Sequence record: OZ035749.1
DNA from: Kayfunavirus PDP351P4
DNA length: 39,163 nt
Direction: 5' to 3' (one strand)
Part shown: one piece after another, positions 8,673-18,909 of the stretch
Layout of the letters: each line of letters starts with the position of its first letter
Numbering within the stretch: the first letter of the stretch is position 1
The notes under the pieces: generated by a model
The model's input: only the letters and a program-made list of their open reading frames with translations
What the model was told of the DNA's origin: nothing
Database searches by the model: none
Position numbers and translations under genes: made by a program

Positions 8673-9143
8673 ATGTTCGGTAAGTCAAAACTTAAAGCAC
8701 AAATCAAAGAGTTGAACATGAAGGTGGCATACTTGGAGCGAGCCATAGAGGCCCGGGACAAGGACAATGAGCGGCTGAAGGATAAGCTCGCTGAATCCGA
8801 GCGTAAGCGCCTAACGCCACCAGCTGCTGTAACTGTCAAGCGTATGGTTGGCATCAAGTTCAAGGCACTGTTCGACGGGATGTACCAACCGACTGAGTTC
8901 AAGACTGGACCGGGTAACTGCGGTAAGAACGTTAAGCACTTCACAACATCGAAGACTGAGCGCACCATTACCATTCACCAGCACCACGTAGACGGGTCTC
9001 AGAAAGACTTTGAGTATCGACTTAGCGACATAGACGGTCGCATCCAGTATGACTACGAGATGATTAAGGTCTATGGCGAGGAGGCCGAACGTGAGCGAGA
9101 GCTTCAGGCAGCCATGCGGATAAGGCCGAAAATCCTCTTCTAA
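8673..9143 (+). CDS. hypothetical protein with N-terminal coiled-coil-like region (insertion between gene 1 and gene 1.1)
   Basis: 156-aa ORF; charged heptad-like N-terminus (KAQIKELNMKVAYLERAIEARDKDNERLKDKLAESERKR); no T7 counterpart. Confidence 0.5.
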   Translation: MFGKSKLKAQIKELNMKVAYLERAIEARDKDNERLKDKLAESERKRLTPPAAVTVKRMVGIKFKALFDGMYQPTEFKTGPGNCGKNVKHFTTSKTERTITIHQHHVDGSQKDFEYRLSDIDGRIQYDYEMIKVYGEEAERERELQAAMRIRPKILF

Positions 9144-9162
9144 ACTATCACTATAGGATTAG
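9139..9162 (+). promoter_or_regulatory. phage RNAP promoter (phi1.1 position)
   Basis: CTAAACTATCACTATAGGATT. Confidence 0.7.
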
Positions 9163-9166
9163 ACTC

Positions 9167-9193
9167 AAGGTCATGACTCAAAGTCGTGGCCTT
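9167..9193 (+). promoter_or_regulatory. RNase III processing-site-like hairpin (R1.1 position)
   Basis: AAGGTCA ... TGGCCTT stem with 13-nt loop, immediately downstream of the promoter. Confidence 0.5.
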
Positions 9194-9231
9194 CATGATC
9201 AACCCTAACTCATTCAATCAGGAGCTACACC

Positions 9232-9411
9232 ATGTATCAGAACACTATCAACTTCGAGCGCATCCGTGAACGTCAGCAGACTGAAGGTTACATTCCTAAG
9301 GGTCGCAAGCTGAACAAGACCAAACGTGGAGGCGGCATCAAGGGCGCTTTCCGTAACGCTGAAGGCAAAGACTCTCTGGTCAACCAAGAGAAATACTTCG
9401 TAGGAGCATAA
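9232..9411 (+). CDS. gene 1.1-like small basic protein
   Basis: 59-aa ORF (below the 60-aa track cutoff) with CAGGAG RBS; KGRKLNKTKRGGG matches the KGRKLNKTKR motif remembered from T7 gp1.1. Confidence 0.6.
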   Translation: MYQNTINFERIRERQQTEGYIPKGRKLNKTKRGGGIKGAFRNAEGKDSLVNQEKYFVGA

Positions 9412-9415
9412 CCAA

Positions 9416-9679
9416 ATGGGCCGACTTTATAGTGGCAACCTCAACGCTTTCAGAGCTGCATGTAACAGGCTTTATCAGTTAGACTTCGCTGTTATATCTC
9501 AGGAGTTTCAAGACCCTGCGTCACGCCAAGAGTGCATGAAACTCAGGGTGGAGGACCGAGCTGGTAACATCTTCGCGCTTGAGAACTTCGCACACTACGA
9601 TGAAGACGTGCTGTACAACACTGCAACAGACTTCCTTAACGGTCTCGCTGACCGACTCAACACATGGAGTAAATCATAA
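9416..9679 (+). CDS. gene 1.2 product, host dGTPase inhibitor (T7 gp1.2-like)
   Basis: 87 aa (T7 gp1.2 is 85); begins MGRLYSGNLNAFRAA, closely matching the T7 gp1.2 N-terminus (MGRLYSGNLAAFKAA) and aligning across the length. Confidence 0.8.
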   Translation: MGRLYSGNLNAFRAACNRLYQLDFAVISQEFQDPASRQECMKLRVEDRAGNIFALENFAHYDEDVLYNTATDFLNGLADRLNTWSKS

Positions 9680-10752
9680 TGACAACTATCAAAACCAACC
9701 CGCACCGCGCTGTAGATTACTCTGAGTCTGGCATTAAGAAGGCACTAGCTGCTGCCGGGTCTCTAGAAGCTGAAGTTAAATATGACGGTGTGCGCCTGAA
9801 TCTACCGGTCCTGAGTGAAGGTGAGACATACTGGCTGAGCCGTGCGTCTAAGCCTCTTCCAGCCTTGGAGTGGATGAACTCTGAGTTAGGGAATGCGTGG
9901 ACACAAGCTGACTGGAGATGGTTCCTGCGTCAAGCTGGCTACGAAGGTGTGGGCCTGATGATTGATGGCGAGGTCATGGTCAAAGGTGTGGACTTCAACA
10001 CCTCCGCAGGTCTCATCCGAACGAAGTGGCTCAAGCCTAGCAACGAGGAGTTCGCTGAATGCTATCCGGGCCGTGGCAATAAGGTCCCGTTCTGGGTTGC
10101 GCGGTCACGACTTCAGGTTGTGGTTTACGGTGTCGTCGACATGACAACCATTGCTGACCCGAAAGCCGAAGGTCCTATCCACAGCGTAACCCGACTGAAG
10201 GCCGAAGCTATCGTACCTCTCCTCCAGAAATACTTCCCGGAAATCGACTGGGTTCTGTCTGAGTCGCACACGGTCTATGACCTTGAGTCGCTCAACTCCC
10301 TGTACGAAGAGAAGCGTCTGGAAGGACACGAGGGTCTGGTAGTAAAGGACCCACTTGGCAAATACAAGCGTGGCAAGAAGTCAGGCATGTGGAAGATGAA
10401 GCCTGAGGAGACCATCGACGGGACCGTATGCGGCCTCGTGTGGGGGACTCCGGGTAAGGCCAACGAAGGCAAGGTCATTGGCTTTGAGGTGCTGCTTGAG
10501 GATGGCATGGTGGTCAATGCTTGTGGCCTGACTGAAGAACAGAAGAACGAGTTCACGGCAGAAGTATTTAACCGCAATGGGATTGACTCCCAGCGCGAGT
10601 ACGAGGAATTGCTTTGTATTGAGACTTTCAACCCTTACGGCGGGTGGCAGTGTGAAGTCCTCTTCATGGAGCGGTTCCCTGATGGCTCCCTTCGTCATCC
10701 CAGCTTCAAGTGCTGGCGTGGAACGGAAGACAATCCAACGGTGAAATCATGA
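9679..10752 (+). CDS. ATP-dependent DNA ligase (T7 gp1.3-like)
   Basis: 357 aa (T7 ligase 359); adenylation motif KYDGVR present (AEVKYDGVRLN). Confidence 0.9.
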   Translation: MTTIKTNPHRAVDYSESGIKKALAAAGSLEAEVKYDGVRLNLPVLSEGETYWLSRASKPLPALEWMNSELGNAWTQADWRWFLRQAGYEGVGLMIDGEVMVKGVDFNTSAGLIRTKWLKPSNEEFAECYPGRGNKVPFWVARSRLQVVVYGVVDMTTIADPKAEGPIHSVTRLKAEAIVPLLQKYFPEIDWVLSESHTVYDLESLNSLYEEKRLEGHEGLVVKDPLGKYKRGKKSGMWKMKPEETIDGTVCGLVWGTPGKANEGKVIGFEVLLEDGMVVNACGLTEEQKNEFTAEVFNRNGIDSQREYEELLCIETFNPYGGWQCEVLFMERFPDGSLRHPSFKCWRGTEDNPTVKS

Positions 10753-10928
10753 TCACACAACTTTATGTCGACACGGCAAGCGGTCAACTCTACGCAGTAG
10801 TAAACGGTGAGCTGTGGTATCGCCAACGCAAGAAGTGGGCCAAGTCCTACTACGACGAAGAGACAATATCAACCATGAGTCATCGCTACCGAAAGGCTGC
10901 TAAGGTGAACAACTTTAAGATGCGTTAA
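10749..10928 (+). CDS. small hypothetical protein (gene 1.4/1.5 position)
   Basis: 59 aa from the ATG overlapping the ligase stop (ATGA); N-terminal part of track ORF 10710..10928 is rejected as overlap. Confidence 0.4.
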   Translation: MITQLYVDTASGQLYAVVNGELWYRQRKKWAKSYYDEETISTMSHRYRKAAKVNNFKMR

Positions 10929-10930
10929 CG

Positions 10931-10970
10931 TCAACCCAGTGGTCTTATGACTGCTGGGTTTCTTTGCGTC
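10931..10970 (+). terminator. candidate intrinsic terminator (early terminator TE-like)
   Basis: AACCCAG ... CTGGGTT 7-bp perfect stem (extendable with mismatches) followed by TTCTTTG; located downstream of the ligase region as T7 TE. Confidence 0.5.
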
Positions 10971-10985
10971 TGGACCCAGCCTGAC

Positions 10986-11009
10986 CCTAAACTATCACTA
11001 TAGGACAAC
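10986..11009 (+). promoter_or_regulatory. phage RNAP promoter (phi1.5/1.6 position)
   Basis: CCTAAACTATCACTATAGGACAA. Confidence 0.7.
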
Positions 11010-11031
11010 CATCAAAACCTAAGGAGACTCT

Positions 11032-11292
11032 ATGTCTAAGAACTTAATGTTCAACCGTTATTCCAATACCTTCCACCTGTCCAACAACCCGTTCGCTTGC
11101 ATTAAGCGCAACGAGAAGCTGGGCTACTTCGGGAAGGCCGTGAAGTTATCACCCACAGTCTTCGCTCTGATTACTCCGGGCAAAGCTGAAGAGGCTCGCC
11201 AGAAGCGTGAGACCGACGTACCTGTGGTATACACCAAGTGGCCTCGCGTTCGTCTATTCATTGAGTACGTGAAGGAGGTGGTAAATGGCTAA
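11032..11292 (+). CDS. gene 1.6-like protein, unknown function
   Basis: 86 aa (T7 gp1.6 is 88); assigned by position and size only. Confidence 0.5.
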   Translation: MSKNLMFNRYSNTFHLSNNPFACIKRNEKLGYFGKAVKLSPTVFALITPGKAEEARQKRETDVPVVYTKWPRVRLFIEYVKEVVNG

Positions 11293-11620
11293 GCATAAGG
11301 AGGGGTGCCGCTCGGTCCTTAGCTTCGGTTCGTGCGACTGCGGTGCTGTTACCAGCATCATCGCCGCGTGTAATAAAGATGACGTGGTGCGCAAGCCGTC
11401 CCACTATCAGGTCTTTGACGGCGTGGAATCCATTGAGATTATCGCACGGTCAATGACTGTGAGTGAGTTCCGTGGGTTCTGCATGGGTAACGTCCTGAAG
11501 TATCGACTCCGGGCTGGGAAGAAGTCTGAGCTTGCGACAATCGAGAAGGACTTGGCTAAGGCTGACTTCTATAAGGAACTCTTCGCCAAACATAAAGGAG
11601 AGTGTCGTGCAGCCGAGTAA
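11285..11620 (+). CDS. DUF3310-like phage protein at the gene 1.7 position
   Basis: 111 aa; PSHYQ...IEII......F..GNVLKYRLRAGKK resembles the conserved DUF3310 core as I remember it; much shorter than the T7 1.7 nucleotide kinase. Confidence 0.45.
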   Translation: MAKHKEGCRSVLSFGSCDCGAVTSIIAACNKDDVVRKPSHYQVFDGVESIEIIARSMTVSEFRGFCMGNVLKYRLRAGKKSELATIEKDLAKADFYKELFAKHKGECRAAE

Positions 11621-11698
11621 GTGGTGTGAAATGATGTTCGAGAAGACGGGTAACACTGACTACCTTGAACTATACAACCAATGGAAGGAGCGAGGTTT

Positions 11699-11857
11699 AT
11701 GACTGAGGTTGAGAAGAAATACATCGTGGAGCTTGAGGGCCGCATTCAGTCCTTCGAGGTTCCGGTGTACGCAAAGTCTCTTGAAGAGGCTACCCTGAAG
11801 TCCCAAGAGTATGAGGACGCTGGGTTTGTGGTCGGTAGGATTCGTCCTGAGACCTAA
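11699..11857 (+). CDS. host RNA polymerase inhibitor (T7 gp2-like)
   Basis: 52-aa ORF (below track cutoff); [14 protein letters not shown]...[10 protein letters not shown] matches remembered T7 gp2 (SFEVPIYAETLDEA...AGFEVTRVRP); directly upstream of the SSB gene. Confidence 0.75.
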   Translation: MTEVEKKYIVELEGRIQSFEVPVYAKSLEEATLKSQEYEDAGFVVGRIRPET

Positions 11858-11876
11858 ACTATCACTGTAGGACAGA
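11853..11876 (+). promoter_or_regulatory. phage RNAP promoter variant (phi2.5 position)
   Basis: CTAAACTATCACTGTAGGACAG; one substitution at -3 (CACTGTAGG). Confidence 0.55.
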
Positions 11877-11914
11877 CGTCCAGTTCGTAACTTTAAATTA
11901 GGAGATTTACACAG

Positions 11915-12613
11915 ATGGCTAAAGAGCAACTGAAGACTTTCACCACTCCGGTAGCTGGTATCGTTGAGCCTTACGCATGGCTGAACAAAGCAGACACCAA
12001 GTTTAACGAGCGTGGTGAGCATAAGGTTAACCTGACATTCGACCTAAGCGACCCGAAGGTCCGTAAGATGATTGATGTCTTACAGAAGATTCACGACGAT
12101 GCGTATGCGAAAGCACTCGCAGACCACGAGAAGAACCCGCCTCAGGTTCAGCGTGGCAAGAAGCCTATCGAACCACGTGAAGGCGACATGCCGTGGATTG
12201 AGAACGGTGATGGCACTGTTACCCTGAAGTTCAAATGCTTTGCGTCTTACCTCAAAGACGGCAAGTCCGAGCCTATCGTATTACGGTTCTACGACACCGA
12301 TGCTAAACTCATCCGTGACGTCCCGAATATTGGAGCTGGGTCTAAGCTGAAGGTCAAGTTTAAAGTCCTTCCGTTCAAGTGGAACGCTGCGACTGGTGCA
12401 AGCGTTAAGCTCCAGCTTGAGTCATGCCTTCTGGTAGAACTGAAGGAGTGGAAAGGTGATGGTGCTGGTGGCGATGGTGGCTGGGGTGATGATGAAGACA
12501 TCGGTACTGGCTACAAAGCGTCAACTGATGGTGACTTCGGGTCTGATGACTTCGGTGACGATGGTTCCGAAGGTGGTGACGACTCCGGCTCTGGTGGCGA
12601 TTACGACTTCTAA
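11915..12613 (+). CDS. single-stranded DNA-binding protein (T7 gp2.5-like)
   Basis: 232 aa, identical length to T7 gp2.5; acidic Gly/Asp-rich C-terminal tail ending in DF. Confidence 0.9.
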   Translation: MAKEQLKTFTTPVAGIVEPYAWLNKADTKFNERGEHKVNLTFDLSDPKVRKMIDVLQKIHDDAYAKALADHEKNPPQVQRGKKPIEPREGDMPWIENGDGTVTLKFKCFASYLKDGKSEPIVLRFYDTDAKLIRDVPNIGAGSKLKVKFKVLPFKWNAATGASVKLQLESCLLVELKEWKGDGAGGDGGWGDDEDIGTGYKASTDGDFGSDDFGDDGSEGGDDSGSGGDYDF

Positions 12614-13068
12614 TGGCCCAATGGTCTGCAAAACGGGGGCACTCTGTGGGTGCCTACCGCTCTGGACTTGAAGCCAAGAACCAGCAGTGGCTGGAACAGA
12701 ACGGCGTCAAAGCGGAGTACGAAAGCCATTATATCAACTATGTGATTCCGGCTTCCGACCACAAGTATACACCAGACTTTATCCTTCCAAACGGCATCAT
12801 CGTGGAGACCAAAGGTATCTTCGATAGTGATGACCGTAAGAAGCACCTTCTGGTACGAGAACAGCACCCAGAGTTAGACATCCGGTTCGTGTTCTCAAGT
12901 TCACGCTCCAAGTTATACAAAGGGTCCCCGACCACGTATGGAGCATGGTGCGAAAAGAACGGCTTTAAGTTTGCCGACAAGTTTATCCCGGTTGAGTGGC
13001 TTCGAGAGGCGACTTTACGTCTGCCTTCCGGTATACTCATCCCTAAGAAGAAAGGAGCTACGAAATGA
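12613..13068 (+). CDS. endonuclease I, Holliday junction resolvase (T7 gp3-like)
   Basis: 151 aa; YTPDFILPNGIIVETKG...DDRKKHLLVREQHPELDIRFVFSSSRSKLYKGSPT aligns closely with remembered T7 gp3. Confidence 0.9.
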   Translation: MAQWSAKRGHSVGAYRSGLEAKNQQWLEQNGVKAEYESHYINYVIPASDHKYTPDFILPNGIIVETKGIFDSDDRKKHLLVREQHPELDIRFVFSSSRSKLYKGSPTTYGAWCEKNGFKFADKFIPVEWLREATLRLPSGILIPKKKGATK

Positions 13069-13520
13069 CTACCTGTAAAGACCTTGAAGTTGGAACACGT
13101 TACAGATTCTCAAAGAACACCCTGCTGAATAACCCCCAATTCACTGATGCTGTTTACGAAAAGCGAGAAGACCATAGCGTAATTGTGGAGAAGGGGTGGC
13201 ATCCTGAGGATTACATCGGTGAGACTGCCAGCTGGAATGGTCACGAGACCTACAGTGTAGAAGTTATTGACCAGCCTCAAGTCCTACCAGCTTCGAGCGT
13301 ACCGCCTGTGACTGTGAAGCGTGAAGTCCTGACCATCGACAAGATTGGTGTAGGTCAGACGTTCATCGTCCACGGAAAGCCTGAAGAAGTTTACGTGAAG
13401 ATCAGCAACTCTCACGTATTCAACCACAAGCGGCTCCAGATGCACACGACTGACGCACAGCGCTTCCAGTCACATCTGAATCTGGTGGTCGTAGAACTGG
13501 TGGTGTACAATGGGAAGTAA
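13065..13520 (+). CDS. hypothetical protein inserted between endonuclease I and lysozyme
   Basis: 151-aa ORF; ATGA overlap with the gene 3 stop and 11-nt overlap with the gene 3.5 start; no T7 counterpart recognised. Confidence 0.55.
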   Translation: MTTCKDLEVGTRYRFSKNTLLNNPQFTDAVYEKREDHSVIVEKGWHPEDYIGETASWNGHETYSVEVIDQPQVLPASSVPPVTVKREVLTIDKIGVGQTFIVHGKPEEVYVKISNSHVFNHKRLQMHTTDAQRFQSHLNLVVVELVVYNGK

Positions 13521-13968
13521 GGTCCAGTTCAACCCACGGTCCCGGACTGACGCTATCTTCGTTCACTGTTCGGCTACCAAACCAGATATGGACATCGGGG
13601 TAGAGACCATCCGTATGTGGCACAAGCAGCAAGGCTGGCTGGACGTAGGCTACCACTTTATCATCAAGCGTGATGGCACTGTGGAAGAGGGTCGCCCGGT
13701 CAATGTCGTAGGGTCACACGTTAAGGACTGGAACTCACGGTCTGTAGGCGTCTGCCTTGTAGGTGGAATTGACGCTAAGGGCAAGTTTGAAGCTAACTTC
13801 ACTCCGGCCCAGATGAACTCCCTGCGCAACAAGCTGGCTGACCTGAAGGTCATGTATCCTCAGGCAGAAATCAAAGCACACCATGACGTAGCACCAAAGG
13901 CGTGTCCAAGTTTCGACTTGCAACGCTGGTTGACTACCAACGAACTGGTCACTTCCGACCACGGTTAA
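13510..13968 (+). CDS. lysozyme, N-acetylmuramoyl-L-alanine amidase and RNAP inhibitor (T7 gp3.5-like)
   Basis: 152 aa; TDAIFVHCSATKP...WLDVGYHFIIKRDGTVE...GVCLVGGID.KGKF.ANFTPAQM...AHHDVAPKACPSFDL matches T7 lysozyme nearly residue for residue. Confidence 0.95.
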   Translation: MGSKVQFNPRSRTDAIFVHCSATKPDMDIGVETIRMWHKQQGWLDVGYHFIIKRDGTVEEGRPVNVVGSHVKDWNSRSVGVCLVGGIDAKGKFEANFTPAQMNSLRNKLADLKVMYPQAEIKAHHDVAPKACPSFDLQRWLTTNELVTSDHG

Positions 13969-13991
13969 TAAACTCTAAAGGAGAACACTAA

Positions 13992-14207
13992 ATGATTAAA
14001 CTTATCGAATTTCTTGGTCGTCTGGTGGTGCGTGGTTATCGTCGTGCTGCGGTTATGGAACGAAAGGTAGCAGAGAAGGCTGCTGACGGTGCGGCTGACG
14101 CTGCTGCTCTGGCTGACAAGCTGACCATCGCGTCACTGGAAGCTGGCATGAAGGCACGTCAAGCTGACACCAAAGCTGACCAGTTGGCTCAGTTCTTCAA
14201 AGCCTAA
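13992..14207 (+). CDS. hypothetical small protein (gene 3.8 position)
   Basis: 71-aa ORF with AAGGAG RBS; Ala/Lys-rich, no HNH motif recognised. Confidence 0.45.
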   Translation: MIKLIEFLGRLVVRGYRRAAVMERKVAEKAADGAADAAALADKLTIASLEAGMKARQADTKADQLAQFFKA

Positions 14208-14226
14208 ACTATCACCTTAGGGATGG
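14203..14226 (+). promoter_or_regulatory. phage RNAP promoter variant upstream of gene 4
   Basis: CTAAACTATCACCTTAGGGATG; two substitutions relative to the family consensus, so possibly weak. Confidence 0.4.
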
Positions 14227-14272
14227 GACCATGAGTCCTGTCCCTTTGTTCGCATTTGTGATTAAGGAGTGA

Positions 14273-15976
<1,704 letters not shown>

Positions 15977-16018
15977 GCGTGATATAGCTGATTATAAGAA
16001 TTTTATGGAGGACCGTTA

Positions 16019-16183
16019 GTGTTAAAGAAACTTAAAGCTCGATACCATCGGTTCATGTACAAATGGTGGAGCGATGAAGCAACCTGCCTGTCCAACATTC
16101 TGGGAGACCAAAGGTTCGACTCTGAGGCATGGAAGAAAGCTAACCGGAAGTTTATGTATCACTTCTTGCGTACAGACTTCTAG
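16019..16183 (+). CDS. small hypothetical protein (gene 4.3/4.5 position), GTG start
   Basis: 54-aa ORF from GTG with GGAGGA RBS 7 nt upstream; between gene 4 and gene 5. Confidence 0.35.
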   Translation: MLKKLKARYHRFMYKWWSDEATCLSNILGDQRFDSEAWKKANRKFMYHFLRTDF

Positions 16184-16193
16184 GTCTAGACTC

Positions 16194-16218
16194 AAGGTCA
16201 TTCACAGTGAGTGGCCTT
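16194..16218 (+). promoter_or_regulatory. RNase III processing-site-like hairpin (R4.7 position)
   Basis: AAGGTCA ... TGGCCTT stem, flanked by GACTC and TATG, upstream of the DNA polymerase gene. Confidence 0.5.
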
Positions 16219-16247
16219 TATGATTAGACTAAAGCGGAGGATTAACC

Positions 16248-18419
16248 ATGTTTGACCTTAAGGATATTTGGGGTTCGGACATCGAGACCAACGGTCTCCT
16301 TGACACCGTGTCCCAGTTCCATTGTGGGGTCCTGATTAATGCCGAGTCGAATGAGACCCTTAAGTATGGGGTAGCGCCGATGGTCGGTATCGTTGGCGGC
16401 TTCAAGGAGTATGTGCAGAAGGTGGAAGAGATTGCGGCAACACCTACGGGTATGCTGGTATTCCATAACGGTATCAACTATGACGTACCGGCTATAGACA
16501 AACTGAAGCGTCTGTACTTTGGGAAACGATTTAACTTCCCGAAACACAAGATGATTGATACCTTGGTGCTGGGCCGCTTGATGTATCCAAACATTAAGTT
16601 CTCAGACATGGGCGCGGTGAAAGCTGGTCGTCTGCCGCCTAAGATGATGGGACGCCAGTCTCTTGAGGCTTGGGGCTATCGTCTAGGTGAGATGAAGGGT
16701 GAGTACAAACACGATTACGTTGCCAAGTGCAAGGCCGAAGGTATCGAATATAAGTCTGGGGACGAATGGTTGTTCCCGTCTCAGGAGATGCTGGACTATA
16801 ACGTTCAAGACGTTGTGGTCACACTGGCATTGTTCAAGAAGTTCCTGACTGACAAGTATTACTTCCAGTCTGAACAGTTCGCTTTCGAACAGATTTATGC
16901 GTTGCGTCTGGAACATGATGCTGCGTGGACCTGTGCGAAGATGGAGCGTAACGGCTATCCGATGAACACCGAGATGGTCGAAGGCTTATATCGTGAACTC
17001 ACTGTCAAACGTGCGGAGTTACTGGACAAGCTGCGCTCTACTTTCGGTAGCTGGTACGCACCAAAGGGAGGCAAGGAGTTCTTCAGGCATCCACGGACAG
17101 GTAAGGACCTTCCGAAGTATCCGAGGGTCGTGTATCCTAAGGTTGGTGGCATCTTTAAGAAGCCGAAGAACAAAGCTCAACGCTTAGGTCTTGAACCTTG
17201 TGAACGCGATACGCGAGACACGATGGAGGGAGCACCATTCACGCCAATCACTTACGTTGAGTTTAATCCGGGAAGCGGAGACCACTTAGCGAAAGTCTTG
17301 ATGGAGCGTGGTTGGGAGCCTGTGGACTTCACTGACACTGGGAAACCTGTAGTCGATGACGAGACGTTGGAACACGTTAAGTTACCAGACGCAGAGGCTC
17401 AGGCTTGCGTAGAGCTGGTCCGTGAGTATCTGGTAGTCCAGAAGCGCATCGGGCAGGCTGCTGAAGGTAAGAACGCATGGTTGAAACTTGTGGGTCCAGA
17501 CGGACGTATGCACGGTTCAATCAACCCTTGTGGTGCAGTAACAGGACGTGCGACCCATAGTTCACCAAACATGGCTCAGGTCCCGGCTAACGGTGCTCCG
17601 TATGGGGAGACTTGCCGTGGTGCTTTCGGAGCAGCGTGGAACAAGAAGGACGGTAAGCCAGACCCTTGGATTCAAGTAGGTGTGGATGCTTCAGGTCTTG
17701 AGCTTCGTTGTCTGGGAAACCGAGCTGCTCCGTTTGATGGTGGCGACTATGCGAAGACTGTGGTCGAAGGTGACATCCATTGGGCCAACGCAGTCAACGC
17801 TGGGTTAGCACCTAACGTCCCACGCGATAAGTCGAGCCACGACCATGATGCTTTCCGTAACAACGCTAAGACGTTCATCTATGCGTTCCTGTATGGTGCA
17901 GGGGCCGCTAAGATTGGACTGATAGTTGGCGGTGGTAAGAAGGAAGGTGCTGCCCTGATGAAGAAATTCATTGAGGGTACACCAGCTATCAAGGATCTGC
18001 GAGAGGCTGTGCAGAACACGCTCATCTCAGAGTCGAAGTGGGTAGATGGTGAGAACATCGTGAAGTGGAAACGTCGCTGGCTAAAAGGTCTGGACGGTCG
18101 CCGCATTCACATCCGGTCGCCGCACTCAGCACTTAACGCCCTACTTCAGGGTGATGGTGCGGTAGTCTGTAAGCACTGGATTGTCGAGACCGAGCGTATG
18201 CTCGAAGAGGCCGGTTATGTCCACGGCTGGGAAGGAGACTTCGCGTACATGGCTTGGGTTCACGATGAGCTACAGATTGCGTGTCGTACTCAGGAGATTG
18301 CCGAAGAAGTCGTCAAGATTGCTCAACTTGCTATGCGTAAGGTGGGTGAGTTCTATAACTTTAAATGTGTCCTTGATACCGAAGGTAAGATTGGACCAAC
18401 GTGGAAGGAGTGTCACTAA
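16248..18419 (+). CDS. DNA polymerase, family A (T7 gp5-like)
   Basis: 723 aa (T7 gp5 is 704); N-terminal exonuclease motif (DIETNGLLD...FHCGV), LEAWGYRLGEMKGEYK, and C-terminal FAYMAWVHDE...C-terminal H all align with remembered T7 gp5. Confidence 0.96.
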   Translation: MFDLKDIWGSDIETNGLLDTVSQFHCGVLINAESNETLKYGVAPMVGIVGGFKEYVQKVEEIAATPTGMLVFHNGINYDVPAIDKLKRLYFGKRFNFPKHKMIDTLVLGRLMYPNIKFSDMGAVKAGRLPPKMMGRQSLEAWGYRLGEMKGEYKHDYVAKCKAEGIEYKSGDEWLFPSQEMLDYNVQDVVVTLALFKKFLTDKYYFQSEQFAFEQIYALRLEHDAAWTCAKMERNGYPMNTEMVEGLYRELTVKRAELLDKLRSTFGSWYAPKGGKEFFRHPRTGKDLPKYPRVVYPKVGGIFKKPKNKAQRLGLEPCERDTRDTMEGAPFTPITYVEFNPGSGDHLAKVLMERGWEPVDFTDTGKPVVDDETLEHVKLPDAEAQACVELVREYLVVQKRIGQAAEGKNAWLKLVGPDGRMHGSINPCGAVTGRATHSSPNMAQVPANGAPYGETCRGAFGAAWNKKDGKPDPWIQVGVDASGLELRCLGNRAAPFDGGDYAKTVVEGDIHWANAVNAGLAPNVPRDKSSHDHDAFRNNAKTFIYAFLYGAGAAKIGLIVGGGKKEGAALMKKFIEGTPAIKDLREAVQNTLISESKWVDGENIVKWKRRWLKGLDGRRIHIRSPHSALNALLQGDGAVVCKHWIVETERMLEEAGYVHGWEGDFAYMAWVHDELQIACRTQEIAEEVVKIAQLAMRKVGEFYNFKCVLDTEGKIGPTWKECH

Positions 18420-18703
18420 TGGCTATTACTAAACGTATTCGTGTAAGTTTCGACCTGAAGATGGTTGTCAACTCAAAAGAAGAAGAGACCATGTGTCTCC
18501 AACTGGCTGGGATAACTAAAGCCTACGCTGAGGGTGAGAAGCTGGATGGACTTCAGTTGGCTCTGGTCAAAGCAGCAATCGAGTCAGGCCCTGAGTCTGC
18601 CCTTGAGATTGCCGCCAAGAAGGTCATCAAGGAGGGGCTGGTAGACGCCTTTGATGATGGCAAGTTCGGAGTATCCAACCTGCGATTCGAGGTCAAGCAA
18701 TGA
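18419..18703 (+). CDS. gene 5.5-like protein (position/size based)
   Basis: 94 aa from the ATG overlapping the gene 5 stop; T7 gp5.5 is 99 aa; assignment is positional. Confidence 0.45.
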   Translation: MAITKRIRVSFDLKMVVNSKEEETMCLQLAGITKAYAEGEKLDGLQLALVKAAIESGPESALEIAAKKVIKEGLVDAFDDGKFGVSNLRFEVKQ

Positions 18704-18909
18704 GTGAATACTTACGGGTCCTAGCGGCCCTTAAGTCCTGCCCGAAGACCTTCCAGTCCAACTATGTGCGCAACAACGCTGCACTTGTGGCTGAGGCTGC
18801 GAGTCGTGGACATCTGAGCTGCCTGTCTATGGATGGGCGTAACAACGGTGCGTGGGAAATTACCGCTGCTGGCACCAAGTTCCTGAACCAACACGGAGGC
18901 TGTCTATGA
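18700..18909 (+). CDS. gene 5.7-like protein
   Basis: 69 aa, same length and position as T7 gp5.7. Confidence 0.6.
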   Translation: MSEYLRVLAALKSCPKTFQSNYVRNNAALVAEAASRGHLSCLSMDGRNNGAWEITAAGTKFLNQHGGCL

